Positions 1-13,153 of a stretch of 64,000 nucleotides of DNA are shown here, piece by piece. Position 1 is the stretch's first letter. Each line of letters starts with the position of its first letter. Source of the DNA: the human T2T-CHM13v2.0 reference genome, Homo sapiens; assembly GCA_009914755.4 (NCBI GenBank), contig CP086569.2, positions 4,896,001-4,960,000 of the forward strand, given 5' to 3'. A program made the position numbers and the translations under genes. The notes beneath the pieces are model-generated. The model did no database searches and was not told the DNA's origin. It was given only the letters and a program-made list of their open reading frames with translations.

Positions 1-3000
1 AAGGAACATTTTTGAAATTAATTTTTTCTTTTATTTCCAATTGTTTTGTTAGTTGTCACTTAAGTTTTTTTTTTAACAATATCTAACTCTGCTTTATATT
101 GCTCTTTCACGTATTGTATAATTTTCTTAATGTCTGTTAGCTTATTTTTAAATAGTAAGTATTCATTTTAATCAATTTTTATGAGCTGGAGGGATGCTAT
201 TCTGCTCCTTATTTTTTTTTTAAATCTTATAGTAACTTATGTGAGATTGTCCTCAATAATATTCCATTGCTCATGCTTATGTACAATTAGGTTTCTTAAA
301 CTTCCAGATGAAGGCAAGATAGTTTTGTAGTTTTGTCTTGGTGTAGTGCCTTGCTCTAGAAGGAAGCCCTGGCTAGTCATTTTCAAATGTATATCAATCT
401 ACACTACTGTAGTCGCTTCAGTCATAAAAGCTGACCCCTTGAGCTCACTGACTTTTGGAAGGGGCCAAACGCCTCTCAATTTCAGTTACTTTCTCGACTT
501 TGCCTACTGTGCTTTCCTGTGAACACTTCTTTGCTATTTTGGCATTCTTGTGTTTTCAGGTTCAGCCACCCTATTGTGCCTCTCTGCTCATTTCCACACT
601 GACCTTGATAACGTCCTGGTCTTGTGGCTATGGGTGGTGTTTTTCTCCACCACTTGTGTTTTAAGAATCATGAGAACACCTTGTCACCTAGTGCAGTTGT
701 AAATATTGTCTCTGGTTTTTTGGTGTTGCTGTCAGGTTGCTCTGTTTCTCTAAGGAGATTCTGGGAGTTTCAAAAACTGCCATCACCATCATCTTCTCAG
801 AATCATCTTTTATTACACTTAGTTTGCTCACAGCTTGAGAAAGATTATCTTGTTTTGGACTCTCAACAGCCTTATGGGGCAATTATTTTTATTATTTCTA
901 TATTTTAGATGAGACAACTGAAGCTAAGTTAAACACAGCTAATATGTGGTGGAGCAAGGACTTAGGTCTGGTAGAAATTAAATCTTATGCTTTTAACTAT
1001 CAGATATCGCTTCACTACTGGTGTAAATGGGGTGTAGTTTGGGGCAGAGTTTGGGAGGAATAACCTATGTTTTTGAATTAAATAATTTTTCCTTAAGTCC
1101 AACATTTAATGAGCACTTACAATATGCTAGCTATTGGGTGTAGCCTTGGAAATACAAGAGTGAAAAAAAGTGATGAGATTCTTGTTATCAAGAAGCAATA
1201 AAAATCATTAAATCAGGAGATAGCATTGGCCACACAGGTTGTACCAATATTCATTTGCATGCATAACTAAGCATTTTGAAAACCAGTTTAGATCTGTGTG
1301 CAAAGAAGAACATAACACACCAAGGTGAAATTTGTTGAAGTTTAGAGTCCTTTCAGATTAACAAGTTTGCAAAATCTGTGTTCTCTTTAATTAGTTTCCC
1401 AATGTGATGTGTTAACAGTAGACTGGTTTATATTTTATTAAAAGTAATTTTGAACATATATTACCTAGTGCTTTCAGCGGATGAACAGAAATTGGAAGAG
1501 TATATCCTTTATTAACTTTCTCCTCACCTGTAAGGCTGTGTTTTATTTCAAAAAATAGAAAAAAGCTGCTATGACTATCACTGTTTTGAATCATCCTTTT
1601 ATAGATGAGAAGCTGCAAGTTCAATGAATATTATACATATTTTTAAAAATATTAAGCTATGAATTGTGCTAAAATTCATGTTAGACTCTTGGCTTTTTTC
1701 TCCCCCTCCTTTAGAGAAAGAGTTGGAGGTTAGGGATGCCTCTACATTAAAGTTGTGTTTCTGGGAAGTAATAAATTTAGAACTGATGAAATTAGAAAAA
1801 CCTAATTTTCTCAGGGCCTGAAAATCTGCAGGAAGACTGACAAAACTGCTTTAAAAGGCTGCTTTCGGGAAATAAAAAGAAAGGGACCTGTTAGGGTCTT
1901 CTTCCGTTCCCCTTGGCTGCAGGAGTAATGCTTCTTTCTGGTAATTGGCCTGACTTCATTTACACTTACATTTATTATTAATGTCAAGAATAACATTTTC
2001 TGCTGCTGTGCTTGTTCCATGTAAACTGATCCTCTACAGCATTTTGCCAATCATTATACAGTGCTTGGTTTTTTTTAAGTTTTTCTTGGTGAAGGCGGCA
2101 GAGGAATAATACAGTATTTTATGTCAATAACAACCTCTTGTTTTTCTTTCTTCCAGCTTTACGAGGTAAGATTTAACAAATAAAAATTGTATAAATTTAA
2201 GGTATACATTGTTATGTTTTGATACACATATACATTGTGAAATGATTACCACAGTAAAACTAATTAACATGTAAATTACATCACATATTTACCTTTTTGT
2301 GTTTGTGGTGAGAACACTTGAGATCTGCCCTCTTAGCAAATACATTACGTCTCTAGAATTTATTCCTCTTCTAACTGAAAGTTTGTACCCTTTCACCAAC
2401 TTCTTCTCATTTTCCTCACCCTCCCAGCCCTTGGTAATGACCATTCTGCAATCTGTTTCTGAGTTAGAATTTTTAGATTTCACGCTAAGAGAAACAATGT
2501 ACTATTTCTCTTTATGTCTCTAGATTATTTCATTTAGTATAATGTCCTCCATGTTCATCAATGTTGTCACAAATATCAGGATCTCCTTGTTTTTAAGGGC
2601 TGAATAATATTCCATTGTATATATACATTACATTTTCTTTATTCATTTATATATTGATGGACACTTAGGTTGCTTCCATATCTTGGCTATTGTGAATAAT
2701 GCTGCAAAGAACATGAGAACGTAGATATCCCATTAGCATGGTGATTTAATTTCCTTAGGAAATTCCCCAGAAGTGGGATGGCTGAATCACATTGTAGGTC
2801 TATTTTCAAGGTGTCGAGGAACATCCACACTGTTTTCCATAATGGCTGTACGAATTTACATCCCCCCCCCACAGTTTACAAGGGTTCCCTATTCCCCACA
2901 TCTTTGCTAACAATTGATGTTTTTACTGTTTTTTATAATAGCCAATCTAACAGGTAATGGAGTAATATTTCATCATGGTTTTAATTTGCATTTCCCTAAT

Positions 3001-3788
3001 GATTAGTGATGTTGCACACATTTTCATGTGCTTGTTAGCCATCATTTTTTTGTCTTTGCAGAAATGACTATTCAAGTCTTTTGCATATTGTTCATTGGAT
3101 TATTCGGTGTTTTATAATCTTTTAAAAGTATTTAGTTGTATGAGTTAGTTATATATTTTAGATATTAACCCCTTATCAGATATGTGATTTGTAAATATGT
3201 CCTCCTATTCTGTAGGTTGCCTTTTCATTTAGTGGTTTCCTTTGCTATGCAGAAATGTTTTAGTTTAATGTAGTTCCAATTGTTTATCTTTGCATTTGTT
3301 GCCTATTCTTTTGGTGTCACGTTAAAAAAGAAAACAAAAAAACAAACAAAAAAAACACTGCTGAGACAAATGTCAAGGAGCTTTCCTCTGTTTTCTTCTA
3401 GGAATTTTACAGTTTTATGAGTTATATTTAAGTCTTAATCAGTTTTGAGTTGATGTTTGTGTGTGATGTAAGATAAGAGTCTATCTTTCTTCTTTTTGAA
3501 TATGGATATCCAGTTTTCCCAGTGCCACTTATTGAGGAGACTATGCTTTCCCTATTGTGCATTCTTGGTACCTTTCTTGAAGATTACTTAACTGTCTATG
3601 TGTGGGTTTATTAATGGACTCTATTCTGTTCCATTGGCCTATGTGTCTGTCTTTATGCCAGTACCATACTGTTTTAATTACTATAGCTTTGTACCATAGT
3701 TTGGACTCAAGTAGTGTAATGCCTCCAGCTTTGTTCTTCTTCCTCAAGAGTCTTTTAGCTATTCTGAGGTTTTTGTGGTTCCATATGA

Positions 3789-4249
<461 letters not shown>

Positions 4250-4556
4250 TTTTTTTTTTTTTTTTTTTTTTTGAGACGGAGGTTCAGTCTCCTCACCCAG
4301 GCTGGAGTGCAATGGTGCAATCTCGGCTCCCTGCAATCTCCGCCTCCCCGGTTCAAGTGATGATTCTCCTGCTCAGCCTCCCGAGTAGCTGGGATTACAG
4401 GTGCCCACCACCATGCCCAGCTAATTTTTGTATTTTTAGTAGAGACAGGGTTTCTCCAAGTTGGCCAGGCTGGTCTCGAACTCCTGACCTCAGGTGATCC
4501 ACCTGCCTCGGCCTCCCAAAGTGCTGGGATTACAGGTGTGAGCCACCACGCCCAAC
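4250..4556 (-). mobile_element. Alu SINE, directly abutting the previous Alu (head-to-tail Alu pair)
   Basis: 23-nt poly-T, then 'gagacggaggttcagtctcctcacccaggctggagtgcaatgg ... gattacaggtgtgagccaccacgcccaaccc'. Confidence 0.9.
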
Positions 4557-4637
4557 CCTTCTTCATTTTTAAAAATCAATACTTTACAGTTTTCAGTGTA
4601 CAGATATTGTACCTCTGTGGTTAACTTATCCCTAAGT

Positions 4638-5081
4638 ACAGTTGACCCTTAAACAACACAGGTTTGAACCACACAGGTTTACAGATACATGGTTTTCTTT
4701 CACCTCTATCAGACCTGAGACAGGAAACCAAACCCCCACCTCTTCCTTCTCCTCTTCAGCCTAATTTATGTGAAGATGGTAACGATAAAGAGCTTTATGA
4801 TAACCCACTTCCACTTAAGGAATAGTAAATATATTTTCTCTTTTTATGATTTTCTTAATAACATTTTCTTTAATCTAGCTTACTTTATTGTAAGAATACA
4901 GCATATGATACACATAACATACAAACTATGTGTTAATCAACTGTTTATGTTATCATCAAGGCTTACAGTCAACAGTAGGCAATTAGTAGTAAAGATTTTA
5001 GAGTGTCAAAGGTCATATGTGGATTTTCAACAGCATGGAAGTTAGTGCCTCTAACCCCCATGTTGCGCAAGGGTCCAGCTG
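4638..5081. mobile_element. Tigger/pogo-family non-autonomous DNA transposon (MITE, about 444 bp) with TA target-site duplication
   Basis: Termini 'cagttgacccttaaacaacacaggtttgaacc...' and '...gttgcgcaagggtccagctg' are inverted Tigger1-like TIRs, flanked by 'ta' on both sides (4636-4637 and 5082-5083). The internal 'ttatgattttcttaataacattttctt..gtaagaatacag..catacaaactatgtgttaatcaactgtttatgttatc' resembles the Tigger1 terminal region. Confidence 0.7.
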
Positions 5082-6039
5082 TATTTTTTAAAATTTATTG
5101 TTAATTGTATTGTCTACTTAATTACTTTTTTAATAGTTAGTTGTTAGTATATAAATTCGCAACTGGTATTTTTATGTTGATTTTGTGTCTTGCAGCTTTA
5201 TTGAATTCCTTTATTATTTCTAACAGGTTTTGGTGAATTGTTAGTGTTTTTACACAAGGTCATGTCACCTGCAAACACTGAAAATTTTACTTCTTTCTGA
5301 TTTGGATGTCTTTTTTTTTCTTGTTTAATTTTTCTGGCAGGGACTTCTAGTACTATGTTGAATAGAAGTGGCAAAGGAGACATCTTTGTCTTATTCCTTA
5401 TCTTAGAGGAAAAGTTTCAAATTTTCACTGTTGAATAGAATGTTAGCTGTGGGTTTGTCTTACAAGATTCTTATTATGTTATGTTGAGCTATGTTCCTTC
5501 TATATCTAATTTATTGAAAGTTTTTAATGATAAAAGTATGTTGAATTTTATCAAATTTTTTCTGCAACTATTAAGATGATTATATGATGTTTGTCTTTCA
5601 TCCTGTTAATGAGTTGTATATTTATTGATTTGTATATGTTTAATCATCATTGCATTCCAGAAATAAATCCCACTTGATCATGGTGTATGATCTTTTTAAT
5701 GTGCTGCTGATTTCAGTTTGTTAGTATTTTGTTGAAGATATTTGTATCAATGTTTATCAGGCATATTGACTATAATTTTTTTTATAATGTCCTTGTCTGG
5801 ATTTGGTAACAGGGTATTGCTGGTCTCATAAAGTGGTTTTGGAGGTGTTCTCTCCTCTCTTCAGTTTTTAAAAGAGTTTGTGAGGGATTGCTTATATTGT
5901 AGTTTTGCTTTAAATATTTGGTAGAATTCACCAATAAAGCCATCTGTTCCTGGTGTTTTCTTTGTTAGATTTTTGATTACTGATTCAGCCTCCTCATGTG
6001 TAATTAATCTGTTAAGATTTCCTATTTCTTTTCTCGTTT

Positions 6040-6334
6040 CTTTTTTTTTTCTTGAGACAGAGTCTCATTCTGTCACCCAGGCTGGGGTGCAGTGGCACAA
6101 TCTTAGCTCACTGCAACCTCTACCTCCCAGGTTCAAGTGATTCTTCTGCCTCAGCCTCCTGAGTAGCTGGGATTACAGGCTCCCGCCGCCATGCCCTGCT
6201 AATCTGTGTATTTTTAGTAGAGACGGGATTTCACCATGTTGGCCAGGCTGGGCTCGAACTCCTGACCTCAAGTGATCTGCCCACCTCGGCCTCCCAAATT
6301 GCTGTGAATACAGGCATGAGCCACCGCACACAGC
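6040..6334 (-). mobile_element. Alu SINE with about 16-bp TSD ('aagatttcctatttctt' / 'aagattttctatttctt')
   Basis: Poly-T, then 'cttgagacagagtctcattctgtcacccaggctggggtgcagtggcacaatc ... caggcatgagccaccgcacacagc'. Flanking direct repeats at about 6014-6030 and 6335-6351 differ by one base. Confidence 0.9.
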
Positions 6335-6995
6335 AAGATTTTCTATTTCTTCATAATTCTGTCTTGGTAAGTTGTATGTTTCCAGAAATTAATCTATTTC
6401 TTCTAGTTATTCAATTTGTTGGTGAATAATTCTTCATAGTAGCCTCTTAAGATTCTTTGTATCTTTGTGGTATCCGTTGTAATGCCTGGTCTTTTAGTTC
6501 TGATTTTATTTATTTGAGTCTTCTCTTGTTTTCTTAGTCTAGCTAAAAGATTGATAAAATTTGATAAAATTCAACATACTTTTATCAATTTTGTTTATCT
6601 TTGCAAAAAAAAATCCTCTTAGGTTGTGGATCTATTTGACTCTATCAATCATCTTTATTGTTTTTTTATCCTATGGTGGTATTTGTTAATTCTACAAAAG
6701 TCTGAAATAATTTTGCTATATGTTAACTGTAGTCTTAGTCCATCCAGACTAACCATTTCTCTATGATATATTCTACCATGTTGAACATTATATTTATACA
6801 TTTATTTGTTTGTATTTAATTGTCCTTTTATGTAATTTTTTCCTCTCCATCCAAATTATAAGCTCCTATAAGGTGGGGCTCGTGTGTTATATTTTCCAAT
6901 ATTGTCACTATGCCGAATACAGTAGTAAGCATTCAGTACATATTCAGTAAATAATCTATTTCCTGATTGATAGTATGTTTGCATGTTTCTTTTCC

Positions 6996-7285
6996 TTTTA
7001 TTTTATTTTTTTTGAGACAGTCTCTCACTCATCTCCTAGGCTGTAGTGCAATGATGTAAACACGGCTCACTGCTGCCTCAACCTCCCCAGCTCAAAGGAT
7101 CCTCCCACCTCAGCCTCTCAAGTAGCTGGCACTACAGGCATGCCCCACCATGTCCAACTATTTTTAAATTTTTTTTGTAAAGATGGAGCCTCACTGTGTT
7201 GCCCTGGCTGGTCTCAAACTTCTGGGCTCAAGTGATCCTCCTGCCTCAACCTTCCAAAGTGCTGGGATTACAGACATGTGCCACC
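6996..7285 (-). mobile_element. Older Alu (AluJ-like, diverged), antisense
   Basis: 'tttgagacagtctctcactcatctcctaggctgtagtgcaatgatg..ctcaagtgatcctcctgcctcaaccttccaaagtgctgggattacagacatgtgccaccatccccagcc'. Many CpG-decay and other substitutions. 'atagtatgttt' is repeated in both flanks. Confidence 0.85.
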
Positions 7286-9082
7286 ATCCCCAGCCTTAAT
7301 AGTATGTTTCTGTAAAAGAGCAATACAGTAACATTTCAGTTAACTGGTATGTTGGCAACAAATTTATTTTGATTAATGGATTTTCCATTTAACAGTTTTT
7401 ATTGTTTTATTCAGTGCAGTTCTTTAAAGTGGGTTATTCCCTGCCTAGACTAGTGGGATCAACCACCAAAACCTTCAAATATGTGCATTGATATTTGTTT
7501 ACACTCTTAATTCTGTTATTTTTTGGAAGACACCTATGTTTCTCATGAAACTTCAACCAGAGCAATATGTCTGGAAAGAGGCCACATGAAAATGTTCAAA
7601 ATTGTTACTAAAAATGTTACATAAACAGCATAAACTTAGAAGAAAAAATAAAATATTTACTCTGAAATTTGTATGGTTTAAAATAATAGAGTCAGTAGAG
7701 CTTTATAAAAAAATGACAGCTTCCTACTTTTTAATTGAAGAATAAACATATAACACTGGCTATACTAGATGGAGAGACTCAGAGGTAGTCATGGAATCAG
7801 ATGGTGAGAAGAATGACCCATTTGTAATAACTAATCTCATTGCTGGTGTTTATTCCAACAATCTAGCATGGCATATTTTTCTTTTTCATTGTTTCTTCTT
7901 TATCCCTACCAAACTGTATGTCCCTGGATTAAGGCTACATGAATAGCTTCACGGCTTGCAGCAGTTCAGAGTAAGCAGGTGTAAAGGGACAGCCTTAAAA
8001 TAGGAGTCTAATTTTTAAAATGGAAATATAACATTGGCTTTCGTCGTCTTAGCTGGCAAAGTAACTCTAGGTTAATGACTGAAGAAATGGTGTTTCACTA
8101 TGTATGGGGGGTTTAAAAACATGAGTCAACTGGCAGGCAGACAGATTCTACTCTCACTAGGTAAGAAAGTAACGATTATATATGACCAGGGCTGGATCAT
8201 ACAAACCCTACCCTGAAGTTATACTCCTTAATTAAAGTAATTAATGAATGTTATTATGACTTTAGTGTAAATTGAATGTTTCACCTGAAGATATCAAACA
8301 GACCACATTTGAGTCCAAATCTTTAGTTCTTTTGGATTTATATTAATTCCTTTGTTCCATTTTCACATACGGATTTGCCAAGGTGCCACTGGACTGGGTT
8401 CTGGTTAACCGAAGTATTACAGCATACAATGAAATAAAATAGTATTTAATATATTACATATTTAGTTTCTATTGTATTTAAAGTTATACCTAAGTACATT
8501 CTTATTTCCTTTTAAAAAATTATTTTTGTGGGTACATAATGAGTGTATATATCTATGGGGTACATGAGATTTTTTGATACAGGCATGCAATGTGAAATAA
8601 GGATGTCATAGAGAAGGGAGTATCCATCCCCTCAAGCACTTATCCTTCAAGTTACAAACAATCCAATTAAAAATTTTAAGTTATTTTAAAATGTACAATT
8701 AAGTTGTGATTGACTATGGTCACCCTATTGTGCTACCGATTAGTAGTCTTGTTTATTCGTTCTAACTATATTTTTACCCATTAAACATTTCACCCTCACC
8801 CAAGCCCCCCATTACCCTTCCTAGTCTCAGGTAATCATTCTTCTACTCTCTATCCCCATGAGTTCAATTGCTTTGATTTTTAGATCGCACAAATAAGCGA
8901 GACCATGCCATGTTTGTCTTTCTGTGTTTGGTTTATTTCACTTAACATAATGATCACAAGTTCCATCCATGTTGTTGCAAATGACTGGATTTCTTTATTT
9001 TGATGTCTGAATGGTATTCCATTGTGTATATCTATGACATTTTTTAAATCCATTCATCTATTGATGGACACTTAGGTTGCAT

Positions 9083-9481
9083 TCAAATCCTGGCTATTGT
9101 GAACAGTGCTGCAATAAACATACGAGTGCAGAAATCTTGTTGATATACTGATTTCCTTTCTTTTGGGTATATACACAGCAGTAGGATTGCAAGATCATAT
9201 GATAGCACAATTTTTAGTTTTTTGAGGAATCTCCAAACTATTCTCCCTGGTGATTGTACTAATTTCCAATCCCAACAACTGTATATAAGAGTTATTTTTT
9301 CTCCACATCCTCCCCAGCATTTGTTATTGCTTGTATTTTGGATATAAGCTATTTTAACTGGGGTGAGATGATATCTCATTGTAGTTTTGATTTGCATTTC
9401 TCTGATGATCAGTGATGTTGAGCACCTTCTCATATGCCTGTTTGCCATTTGTATGTCTTGTTTTGAGAAATGTCTATTCAA
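9083..9481 (-). pseudogene. L1 ORF2 C-terminal remnant (132-aa open segment) within the old L1
   Basis: The translation matches the conserved ORF2 C-terminal region '[34 protein letters not shown]'. Confidence 0.8.
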
Positions 9482-9540
9482 ATCTTTTGCTCATTTTTTG
9501 ATTGGATTATTAGATTTTCTTCCTACAGAGTTATTTGAGC

Positions 9541-9849
9541 TTTTTTTTTTTTTTTTTTTTTTTTTTTGAGACAGAGTTTCTCTCTTGTTGTCCAGGCTGG
9601 AGTGCAATGACGTGCTCTCGGCTCACCACAACCTCTGCCAACTGGGTTCAAGAGATTCTCCTGCCTCAGCCTCCTGACTAGCTGGGATTACAGGCATGCA
9701 CCACCATGCCTAGCTAAATTTGTGTTTTTAGTAGAGATGGGGTTTCTCCATGTTGGTCAGGCTGGTCTCGAACTCCCGACCTCAGGTGATCTGCCCACCT
9801 CACCCTCCCAAATTGCTGGGATTATAGGTGTGAGCCAGCACGCCCAGCC
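9541..9849 (-). mobile_element. Alu SINE nested in the old L1; TSD about 'tRtttgagc'
   Basis: 27-nt poly-T, then 'gagacagagtttctctcttgttgtccaggctggagtgcaatg ... gattataggtgtgagccagcacgcccagcc'. The L1 sequence 'cagagttatttgagc' / 'ctgtttgagctc' is duplicated at the borders. Confidence 0.9.
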
Positions 9850-12775
9850 CTGTTTGAGCTCTTTATATGTTGTGATTATTAATCTCTTGCAGATGGGTAG
9901 TTTGCAAATATTTTCTCCCATTCTGTAAGTTATTGCTTCACTTTTTTTATTGTATCTTTTGTTGTGCAGAAACTTCTTAACTTGATGTTATCCCACTTGT
10001 CCATTTTTTTCTTTGGTTGCCTGCTCTTATTGTCTATTGCTCAAGAATTCTTTGCCCAGACCAATATCCTGGAGATTTTTTCAGTGTTTTCTTGTAATAG
10101 CCTTTGACTTTGGGGTCTTAGAGTTAAGTCTTTAATCCATTTTCATTTGATTTTGGTATATGGCAAGAGATAGAGGTTTAGTTTCATTCTTCTGAATATA
10201 GGGATCCAGTTTTCCCAGCACCATTTATTGAAGAAACTGGCCTTTCCCCATGATATGTTCTTGGCACCTTTGTCAAAAATGAATTCACTGTTGGGGTGTG
10301 GATTTCTTTCTGCGTTCTCTATTCTGTTCCATTGATCTATGTGTCTGTTTTCATGCAAGTTCCAGCTGTTTTGGTTACTATAGCTTTGTAGTATTATTTG
10401 AGGACATGTTATGTGATTCCTCAAGTTTTGTTCTTTCGCTTAGAATAGCTTTGGCTATTCTGGGTCTTTTGTGGTTTCATATTAATTTTAGGATTTTTTT
10501 TTTCTAAATCTGTGAAGAATGTCATTGGTATTTTGATAGGATTGCATTAAATGTGTAGATAGCTTAGGGTAGTATGGACATTTTAACAACATTCATTCTT
10601 CCAATCCATGAAAATGGAATTTTTTTCCATTTATTGGTGCATTCTTCAATTTATTTCATCGATGTTTCATAGTTTTATCATAGAGGCCTCTCACTTCTTT
10701 GGTTAATTACTAGGCAATTAATTTTATGTGTGGCTATTGTAAATAGGACTAATTTTATTTTCTTTTTACATTGGTCACTGTTGGTATATAGAATTGCTAC
10801 TAATTTTTGTATGTTGATTTTGTATCCTGCAACTTTACTGAATATTTTTATCACTTCTAATAGTTTTCTTGTGGAGTTGTTAGGTTTTTTCAAATATAAG
10901 ATTATATCATATTCATACAAGAATAATTTGACTTTTTCCTTCCTAATTTGGATTCTTTTATATTTTTCTTATGGCTCATTGCTCCAGCTGGAACTTCCAG
11001 TGCTATGTTGAATAACAGTAGTGGCAGTGGGCATTCCTGTCATGTTCCAGATGTTAGAGGAAAGGCTTTCAGTTTTTCACCATTCGCTGTGATACTATGT
11101 ATTAGTCTTTCATATATGGCTTTGATTATGTTGAGGAATGTCCCGTCTATTCCCAGGTTTTTTAGGGTTTTTATCATGAAAGGATGTTGAATTCTATCAA
11201 ATGGTTTTTCAGGATCAATTGAAATGATCATACAGTTTTTATCCTTCATTCTCTTGATATATCACATTGATTTGTTTATATTGAACCATCTTTGCATCCC
11301 AAAGATAAATCTCACTTGGTAATGATGAATGATCTTTCGAATGTATTGTTGATTTTAGCTTGCTAGTATTTTGTTGAGGATTTTTGCATCAATACTCATC
11401 AGAGATATTGGCCTGTAGTTTTATCTTTTTATTGTGTCAGTCTGGTTTTGGTATCAGGGTAATACTGGACCCATAGAATGAATTTGCCATTACTCCCTCC
11501 CCCTCTATTTATTGAAATAGTTTGAATAGGATTGGCATTAATCACTTAAATGTTTGGTTGCATTCAGCAGTTTAGTCATGGGGTCCCAGGCTTTTTTTTT
11601 TTCTTTTTTTTTGATGGGAGAGTTTTTATTATGGCTTCAATCTCATTACTTGCTATTGATCTGTTCAGATTTTGGATTTCTTCTTGGTTCAATCTTGCTA
11701 GGTTGTATGTATACATGAATTTGTCCATTTCTTCTACATTTTCCAAATTATTAGCTTAGAGTTGCTCATAGTAGTCACTAACGATCCTTTGAATTTCTGC
11801 AGTATCAATTATAATGCCTCCCTTTTCATTTCTGATTTTATTTATTTGGATCTTCTCTCTTTTTTTCTTAGTCTGAATAAAGGTTCTCAATTTTGTCTAA
11901 CTTTTAAAAAACCAGCATTTTTTAACCTATCTTTGTATTGTATTTTTATCTTAATTTCATTTATTTGTGCTCTGGTATTTATTATCTCTTTTCTTCTACT
12001 AACTTTGGTTTGATTTGCTCTTACTTTTCTAGTTCTTTAAGATGGATTATTACATTATTCATCTGAAGATTTTCCTCTTTTTGGATGTAGGCATTTATAG
12101 CCATAAACTTTCCCCTTGATACTGCTTTTGCTGTATTCCATAGGTTTTGGTATGTTGTGTTTCCATTATGATTTGTTTCAAGAAATTTTTGAATTCATTC
12201 TTAATTTCGTCATTGACCTACTGGTCATTCAGCAGCATATTATTTAATTTCCATTTATTTATATAGGTTTCAAAGTTCTTGTTATTTATTTCTAGTTGTA
12301 TTTCACTGTGGTCAGAGAAAATGCCAGATATTATTTTAATTTTTTTCAATGTCTTAAGACATATTTTGTGACCTAACATATTATCTATCCTTGAGAATGA
12401 TCCATGTGCTAAGGAAAAGAATGTATATTATATAGTCGTTAGATGAAATGTTCTGTAAATATCTATTAGGTCCATTTGGTCTATAATAGTCCAGACTAAA
12501 TATGATGTTTCATTGTTGATTTTCCGTATGGAAGATCTGTCCAATGCTGAAGGTCTGGTGGTGAAGTCTCTAGTTATTATTGTATTGGGAACTATCCCTC
12601 TCTTTAGCGCTAATAATATTTGCTTTATATATCCAGGTGCTCCAGTGTACATATATATTTAAAATTCTTATATTCTTTTGTGAAATTGACCCCATTATCA
12701 TTATATAGTGAACTTCGTTGTCTCTTCTCATAGTTTTTGTCTTGAAATCTAATTTGTCTGATACAAATATAGTGA

Positions 12776-13153
<378 letters not shown>

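Noticed and set aside
2150-2172. Acceptor-like 'tttctttcttccag' followed 9 nt later by donor-like 'gtaagat' ('cttccag|CTTTACGAG|gtaagat'), a possible micro-exon
   Set aside because: It lies inside the antisense 3' UTR of an old L1. It is only 9 nt. There is no supporting ORF or conservation evidence available. Such AG...GT pairs occur by chance in AT-rich sequence.
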